Assembly: GCF_009914755.1 (NCBI RefSeq)
Contig: NC_060935.1
DNA from: the human T2T-CHM13v2.0 reference genome, Homo sapiens
Length of the DNA: 64,000 bases
Strand: one strand, 5' to 3'
Part shown: positions 55,734 through 64,000 of the stretch, in pieces
How positions within the stretch are numbered: the first letter of the stretch is position 1
Layout: each line of letters opens with the position of its first letter
Notes under the pieces: generated by a model
Told to the model about the DNA's origin: nothing
The model's database searches: none
Seen by the model: only the letters and a program-made list of their open reading frames with translations
Made by a program: the position numbers and the translations under genes

Positions 55734-56204
55734 AGAAAACAGTTCAGCAACTGTTCCCCTCAGTGCAGAAACTGGTAGAAAGTTTACAGAGGAGAGGATG
55801 AGGTAAGGCAGAGAATGAGAAACAAAGAAGGGGAAGATAAACAAATAGAAAAGAGCAGTATGTGTGTCACAGACTGGCAGGAAGGACAGGCACCCTTTCT
55901 AGAGTTAACTTTGACCAAATTACATGAGTTGATACTAAATTCTCAGTAGTATTAGCATACAAACAAACTTTAGTTTTGGACACCTGTTCTGTAATTTTTG
56001 TTACCCTAGTAGTATATTTATGTCATGATTACTCTTATAAAATGTCTTACTTTCTGAATGTTTATATAGAATATATTTTATTACTAAATTTGTATGAGGC
56101 AACTTAGAATAGAATTATCTTTAAAAAAAGATCTATGATACAGGACATGATGGAGAAGGAATCATTGGAAAACTGAGAAATAGAAACACAATAAGTACAA
56201 TGAG

Positions 56205-56570
56205 AATGTATATATCCTCAATAAAAATCTCATGGTAGTGGTTGCCCCCAGATAAGAGGGAGGGATAAATAGGTATATGTAGCACAGGACATTTTTAAGG
56301 AGATACTCTGATGGTAGATACATGATATTATACTTTTGCCAAAACCCATAACACTGTACAACACAAACACTGAGCCCTAAGATAAACTATGAACTTTAGT
56401 AAATAATGTATGAATATTGGTCTATCAATTGTAATAAATGTATCACACTAGTGCAAAATGTTGGTAATATGGGAAACTTTGTGGAAGGGATTATATGGGA
56501 ACACTCTACTTTCTACTCATTATTTCTGTAAACCTAAAATTGCTATAAAAATTAAAGCCTATTAGTAAAA
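56205..56570 (+). mobile_element. L1MC-like 3' end
   Basis: gccaaaacccataacactgtacaacac...gtaaacctaaaattgc. Confidence 0.65.
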
Positions 56571-56861
56571 AAAATTCTCATAGTAAAGAAACACATATCG
56601 AGATGTTAATATTAGAAATAGATGTGTTGTTAGGAATACTGTTGTTAGGAATTCATCACTGGAAATGAGAATAGGAAAAAATTGTTGGGGGATCACTATG
56701 AAGAACTATGAAATAGTTTGAAGCAGCAGACTAGATATGCACATGAAACTAGAGGTAGATCTCAAAAACTTAGTGGTGAATGACAAAAGGTTAGAAAGAG
56801 ATTGGATACTTTTTATGTAAATTAAAATACCTGCATACCCAATGATATCACACATTTTTTT

Positions 56862-57146
56862 TTGCTTTAAAAAATTTTTTATTTTACTTTTTTTAAGTTT
56901 AATTTTATTATTATACTTTAAGTTTTAGGGTACATGTGCACAATGTGCAGGTTAGTTACATATGTATACACGTGCCATGCTGGTGTGCTGCACCCATTAA
57001 CTCATCATTTAGCATTAGGTATATCTCCTAATGCTATCCCTCCCGACTCCCCGCCACCCCACAACAGTCCCCGGAGTGTGATGTTCCCCTTCCTGTGTCC
57101 ATGTGTTCTCATTGTTCAATTCCCACCTATGAGTGAGAACATGCAG
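56862..57146 (-). mobile_element. Short L1PA3-like 3' end
   Basis: L1PA 3'UTR; TSD gatatcacaca[t/c]ttttttt. Confidence 0.9.
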
Positions 57147-57771
57147 GATATCACACACTTTTTTTAGCTTGAAGAAATAAAAACATTAATAATAAACACA
57201 TGAGAAAGCCCTTTATGGTGAAAGATGGGAATAGAAACAAATGGGGTAGACATGAAGAGTTATACAAGTATGAAAGAGGCCTTGCCCAAATTAACGAAGA
57301 TATTGCCTCATCGATAAGGAAAATGATTAACTGAATCATTTTCATTCATTAAAAGTACAGATGGTACAGAGTCTGGCTAGATATTTACCATCATTTTTCT
57401 TTTTAAAGGCCTATTGGAAGAAAGCATTTCTTGTAATTCAATGTAGTTACCATGGGGATTTACTTGGATGTGGCAAGTAATATACGCTAACTCCAGACCT
57501 GACCATAAAAGGTCCACTGTAGTCTCACACGCTCTTTCATAGAAATTAAAGACCTGCAATAAATGGCCCTGGTTCTCCGAGCTACTCTCTGAAAGATGGG
57601 TGCCCTGTAGACTCATTCCACCATATCTGACTAAAACATCAATGAGGATTATCCTTTCATTATGGTAACTGTTTAAGATTTTGGGCAGCTAACTCTCATG
57701 ACTAATGTGTTAGGGCTAAGATGAAGCTGGTGTTTGATGAAGATAAACAGAGAAGGTTTATGTGCATTTAA

Positions 57772-58078
<307 letters not shown>

Positions 58079-58699
58079 TATTTTATTTCTTAAATTAACA
58101 AATAATAGTTGTACATATTCGTGGGATATATAGTGATGTTTCAATACTTATAATGTACAGTAATCAGAATGGGGTGATTAGCATACCTATCTTCTCAAAA
58201 CACCTATCATTTCTTTGTGTTGGAAATATTAGATATCCTCCTTTGAGCTATTTGAAACTATATATATTATTGTTAACTAAAGTAATCCTACAGTGGTATA
58301 GAATACTATGTGCATATTTTGATTGGAGGAGGAAGGAGAAGAGGCAAAGAGAACATCTAGAATGAAAAAGTTGTGTCAGTCTTGATTTGGTTTAATGAAC
58401 TTACATTAAGGTGAAAATGAATGCTAGTGAAAAAAGAATGAGGGCACAGTTGTATACTACAGTGCATAATGAATATTATGCACATAATGAATACAGGGTA
58501 ACTTTGAAACCTGAAAAAGAAAGAAGTCAAGGCTGGAAAACTTAATTAATAAGGTAAGAGAATGCCAATGCCAGTCACAGTGATGTAAAATGGTGATCAT
58601 ATGGTGAGTTCCTGCTTTAGACAGAGTTTAATCTACTTGATATCACTGGTCTCTATCTACATTTCTTTTCTGAGTTACCCCTTCCACTTTCATAACTAT

Positions 58700-59570
58700 G
58701 AAAATAATTATATGCTAATAAATTCTAAATTATTGTCTCTAGCTTTGACCTCTTCTGTGACCTGAATATCCATTATATACAACTGTCTACCTGAAACTCC
58801 ATATGCATGTCTAATAGGCAACTCCGACCCAGAAAGTCCAAAGCAGACATCTTGACTTTCTTCCCCAGATTTACTTTCTTTCTAGTCTTCTCTCATCTTG
58901 TATAGTGGCATCAGAATTTACTTGTTTGCTTGGGCGAAAAGCCTATATCCCCTTGGATTCTTCTGTTTCTCTTCCTAGCAGTCCCCCAATAGTGGAAAAT
59001 ATTCTAAGCTTATCAGCAACTCTTATTGTCTCTACCTCTAAAACATTTTACAAATCCAACTCTATCTTACCATCTCCCTTGATACCCCTTTAATTTACAT
59101 TCTTATGATCTTTCCTCTGGACTATTTCAACAGCCTTTTAAATGGTCCTTGCTACTACTCAGTGGAGGAGTAAGTCTTTAAAAAGGTTTTATTGTAAAAT
59201 TCCCCTTAAAAATAAAGATCGAGAAATTTACTGAGAGTAACTTGGGTGAAGGCACCACCAGATAGGAGTCAAGGAAGAGATCTTTGAGGGGGTGAAATTT
59301 AAATTTGAGTAAACAGAAGGTGTGGGCTGAGCTATGTGCAGAAAAAAGAATATTATGGCCAGAGGGAACAGCAAGTATAAATGCTACATGATGGGAACCA
59401 GCTTGATGTCTTGAAGACTAGCAGAAAATGGAAGAAGGTAATAGATGAGGTGAGAAAGGGATACAGCAGCCAGATCTCAGAGCTGGCAAGATTTATGATA
59501 AGAAAACTTAGATTTTATTCTAAGTGCAGTGGAATACTGTTGAGTGTCATCTAGCTCCTGGGGGGAAGAA
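58700..59570. mobile_element. L2 remnants in both orientations
   Basis: caactgtctacctg...atgtctaataggcaactc; gagggaacagcaagtataaatgc...gattttattctaagtgcagtgg. Confidence 0.6.
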
Positions 59571-59988
59571 AGACAGAAAAAACTTTCAAGCTTGAGAAGG
59601 CACAGATAATGAGATAAATTCGATGTATGGATTAACTGTGTGATATTAACAGGAGTCAAACACTAGCAGATGGTTCTTTTTAAAGAAGTGAGCAACATAT
59701 TCTTAAAGGTTTTGTAACAGAACAAGGTAGTTATTTGTTAGAAATGCAGAAGTTCCTTCATTTGATAGGAGGCTGAACTTGATAACTTCTAGAGTTCCTT
59801 TACTATCTTCCAAAATATCCCTTCACTATTTTAGATGTTAGGGTCATCTTACAAATCTGAGCCATGGTTATTGAAATAAATTATTTTACAACTGGTCTCC
59901 TGGCTGCCACTATTAGCTCTTACTAACAGTCTTTTCAACTCAACTGTCACAAACCCTATCATTGTCATATCCCTTATTAAACATTTCA

Positions 59989-60383
59989 AATTAAAATGTG
60001 GCACATATACACCATGGAATACTATGCAGCCATAAAAAATGATGAGTTCATGTCCTTTGTAGGGACATGAATGAAAATGGAAATCATCATTCTCAGTAAA
60101 CTATTGCAAGGACAAAAAACCAAACAACGCATGTTCTCACTCATAGGTGGGAATTGAACAATGAGAACACATGGACACAGGAAGGGGAACATCACACTCT
60201 GGGGACTGTTGCGGGGTGGGGGGAGTGGGGAGGGATAGCATTAGGAGATATACCTAATGCTAAATGACGAGTTAATGGGTGCAGCACACCAGCATGGCAC
60301 ATGTATACATATGTAACTAACCTGCACATTGTGCACATGTACCCTAAAACTTAAAGTATAATAATACAAAAATAAAAACAAAA
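59989..60383 (+). mobile_element. Short L1PA3-like 3' end
   Basis: TSD AAACATTTCA at 59979 and 60384. Confidence 0.92.
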
Positions 60384-60419
60384 AAACATTTCATTGAAGT
60401 TTATTTTTCATTAAAAAAA

Positions 60420-62242
60420 TTTTTTATTATACTTTAAGTTCTGGGGTACCTGTGCAGAATGTGCAGTTTTGTTACATAGGTGTACAAGTGCCATGGTGGT
60501 TTGCTGCACCCATTAACTTGTCATCTACATTAGGTATTTCTCCTAATGCTACTCCTCCCCTAGCCCTGCACTCCACGACAGGCCCTGGTATGTGATGTTC
60601 CCCTCCCTGTGTCCATGTGTTCTCATTGTTCAACTCCCACTTCTGAGTGAGAACATGCAGTGTTTAGTTTTCTGTTCCTGTGTTAGTTTGCTGAGAATGA
60701 TGGTTTCTAGCTTCATCCATGTCTCTGCAAAGGACATGAACTCATCCTTTTTTATGGCTGCATAGTATTCCATGGTGTATATGTGCTACATTTTCTTAAT
60801 CCAGTCTGTCATTGGTGGACATTTGGGTTGGTTCCAAGTATTTGCTATTGTGAATAGTGCCGCAGTAAACATACGTGTGGATGTGTCTTTATAGTAGCAT
60901 GATTTATAATCCTTTGGGTATATACCCAGTAGTAGGATTCTGGGTGAAATAATATTTCTGGTTCTAGATCCTTGAGGAATTGCCACACTGTCTTCCACAA
61001 TGGTTGAACTAATTTACACTCTCACCAACAGTGTAAAAGTGTTCTTATTTCTCCACATCCTCTCCAGCATCTGTTGTTTCCTGACTTTTTAAATGATTGC
61101 CATTCTAACTGGTGTGAGATGGTATCTCATTGTGGTTTTGATTTGCATTTCTCTGATGACTGGTGATGATGAGCATTTTTTCCTATGTTGGTTGGCTGCA
61201 TAAATGTCTTCTTTTGAGAAGTGTCTGTTCATATCCTTCGCCCACTTTTTGATGGGGTCGTTTGTTTTTTTTCTTGTAAATTTGTTTAAGTTCTTTTTAG
61301 ATTCTGGATATTAGCCCTTTGTCAGATGGGTAGATTGCAAAAATTTTCTCCCATTCTGTATGTTTCCTGTTCACTCTAATGGTAGTTTCTTTTGCTGTGC
61401 AGAAGCTCTTTAGTTTAATTAGATCCCATTTGTCAATTTTGGCTTTTGTTGCCATTGCTTTGGTGTTGTAGATGTGAAGTCTTTGCCCATGCCTATGACC
61501 TGAATGGTATTGCCTAGGTTTTCTTCTAGGATTTTTATGGTTTTAGGTCTTACTTTTAAGTCTTTAATCCATCTTGAATTAATTTTTGTATAAGGTGTAA
61601 GGAAGAGGTCCAGTTTCAATTTTCTGCATGTGGCTAGCCTATTTTCCCAATACCATTCATTAAATAGGGAATCCTTTCCCCATTGCTTGTTTTTGTCAGG
61701 TTTGTCAAAGATCAGATAGTTGTAGATGTGTGGTGTTATTTCTGAGGCCCCTATTCTGTTCCATTGGTCTATATATCTGTTTTGGAACCAGTACCATGCT
61801 GTTTTGATTACTGTAGCCTTGTAGCATAATTTGAAGTCAGGTAGCGTGTTGCCTCCAGCTTTATTCTTTTTGCTAAGGATTTTCTTAGCTATGTGGGGTC
61901 TTTTTTGGTTCCATATGAAGTTTAAAGCAGCTTTTTCCAATTCTGTGAAGAAAGTCAGTGGTAGGTTGATGGGGATAGCATTGAATGTATAAATTACTTT
62001 GGGAAGTATGGCAATTTTCACAGTATTGATTCTTTTTATCCATGAGCATGGAATGTTTTTCCATTTGTTGGTGTCCTCCCATTTCTTTGAGCAGTGGTTT
62101 TCCTTGAAGAGGTCCATCAGATCCCTTGTAAGTTGTATTCCTAGGTATTTTATTCTCTTAGTAGCAATTGTGAATGGGAGTTCACTCAGGATTTGGCTCT
62201 CAGTTTGTCTGTTATTGGTGTATAGGAATACTTGTGATTTTT
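60420..62242 (-). mobile_element. L1PA7-like element (copy G), interrupted by copy H
   Basis: ORF2 fragment 61419-62117 and older-type 3'UTR. Confidence 0.88.
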
Positions 62243-63228
62243 AAAAATTATACTTTAAGTTCTAGGGTACATGTGCACAATGTGCAGGTTTGTTACATAT
62301 GTATACACGTGCCATATTGGTTTGCTGCACCCATCAAGTCGTCATTTACATTAGGTATTTCTCCTAATGCTATCACTGCCCCAGCCCCCCACTCCCTGAC
62401 AGGCCCTGGTATGTGATGTTCCCCACCCTGTTTCCATGTGTTCTCATTGTTCAACTCCCACCTATAAGTGAGAACATGTGGTGTTTGGCTTTCGGTCCTT
62501 GTGATAGTTTGTTTAGAATGATGGTTTCCAGCTGCATTCAAGTCCCTGCAAAGGACATGAACTCATCCTTTTTTATGGCTGCATAGTATTCCATGGTGTA
62601 TATGTGCCACATTTTCTTAATCCAATCTGTCATTGGTGGACATTTGGGTTGGTTCCAAGTCTTTGCTATTGTGAATAGTGCCACAATAAACATACGTCTG
62701 CATGTGTCTTTAGAGTAGCATGATTTATAATCCTTTGGGTATATACCCAGGAATGTGATTGCTGGGTCAAATGGTACTTCTAGTTCTAGAACCTTGAGGA
62801 ATCGCCACACTATCTTCCACAATGGTTGAATTAACTTACACTCCCACCAACAGTGTAAAAGTGTTCCTATTTCTCCACATCCTCTCCAGCACCTGTTGTT
62901 TCCTGACTTTTTAATCACTGCCATTCTAACTGGTGTGAGATGATATCTCATTGTGGTTTTGATTTGCATTTCTCTGATGACTAGTGATGATGAACATTTT
63001 TTCATATGTCTGTTTTCTGCATAAATGTCTTCTTTTGAGAAATGTTGTTCATATCCTTTGCCCACTTTTTGATTTTTTTTTGTAAATTTGTTTAAGTTCT
63101 TTTTAGATTCTGGATATTAGCTGTTTGTCAGATGGATAGACTACAAAAATTTTCTCCCATTCTGTAGGTTGCCTGTTCACTCTGATGATAGTTACTTTTG
63201 CTGTGCAGAAGCTCTTTAGTTTAATTAG
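62243..63228 (-). mobile_element. L1PA5/6-like element (copy H), interrupted by an LTR
   Basis: ORF2 C-terminus 62538-63065 and 3'UTR. Confidence 0.88.
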
Positions 63229-64000
63229 TGTGGGCGGCAATCCACCCAGGCACCGACGCAAGAGACTGAGAGCAGGAGCTGTTCAGTATAATAAAGAAAA
63301 TATATAAAATAAGAAGAGTTATACTAGATATAGATGATAGATATGATTATATATGAATATTATTAATCATTAGTTTGTAGCAATTACTCTTTATTCCAAT
63401 ATTATAATAATCATCACTCTACAATTATAACTTAGGAGAAACCAGGCCATAGAGAGATAGGAGCTGAAGGGTCACGGTGAGAAGTGACCAGAAGACAAGA
63501 GTGTGAGCCTTCTGTCATGCCTGGACAGGGCCACCAGAGGGCTCCTTGGTCTAGCAGTAACACCAGCGCCTGGGAAGACACCTGTTACCTAGCGGACCTT
63601 GGTCTAGTCGTAGCGTCAGTGCCTAGGAAAAGCACCCGCTACTTAGCAGACTGGGAAAGGGATTCTCCCTTTCCCTGGGGGAGTTAGAGAAGACTCTGCT
63701 CCACCACCTCTTGTGGAGGGCCTGACATCAGTCAGGCCCACCTGCAGTTATCCGGAGGCCTAACCATCTCCCTGTGATGCTGTGTTTCAGCGGTCATGCT
63801 CCTGGTCCGCTTTCATGTTCCATCCTGTACACCTGGCTCTGCCTTCTAGATAGCAGTAGCAGAATTAGTGAAAGTACTAAAAGTCTCTGAAATGCAGAAA
63901 TAATGGCGTAAACTGTCTCCTCTCTCTCTCTCTGTCTGCCTCAGCTGCCAAATTGGGAAGGGCCCCCGTCCAGTGGACACATGACCCATGTGACCTTACC
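63229..64000 (+). mobile_element. LTR13-type (ERVK) LTR, cut by the window edge
   Basis: Starts tgtgggcggcaatccacccaggcaccga..., with the AT-rich block typical of LTR13. Confidence 0.8.

Overview
Primate, most likely human, genomic DNA from the SLC22 organic-anion-transporter cluster. The only host gene is SLC22A24 on the minus strand. Coding exons 3-10 are present with canonical GT-AG sites; exons 1-2 lie beyond the right edge. This haplotype has an in-frame TAG in exon 9 (codon 501, Tyr501Ter), and exon 4 can read through into intron 4 to give a ~322-aa short isoform. Most of the rest is transposon-derived: many L1PA copies (three spanning 5'UTR to 3' end), older L1M/L2/MIR, Alus, THE1/MLT1/LTR13 LTRs, a split HSMAR2 mariner, a Tigger2 fragment and an RPL29 processed pseudogene. 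I see no new protein-coding system. The most unusual signal is that the same-orientation L1 copies of different ages share a patchwork of non-consensus substitutions, and several L1s are TSD-less chimeras. Together these suggest a local hotspot of L1-L1 gene conversion and ectopic recombination. The window also has three small transduction/retrocopy insertions and a mosaic templated-insertion scar. Repeat subfamily calls and consensus comparisons are from memory and need RepeatMasker confirmation; old-repeat boundaries are approximate.
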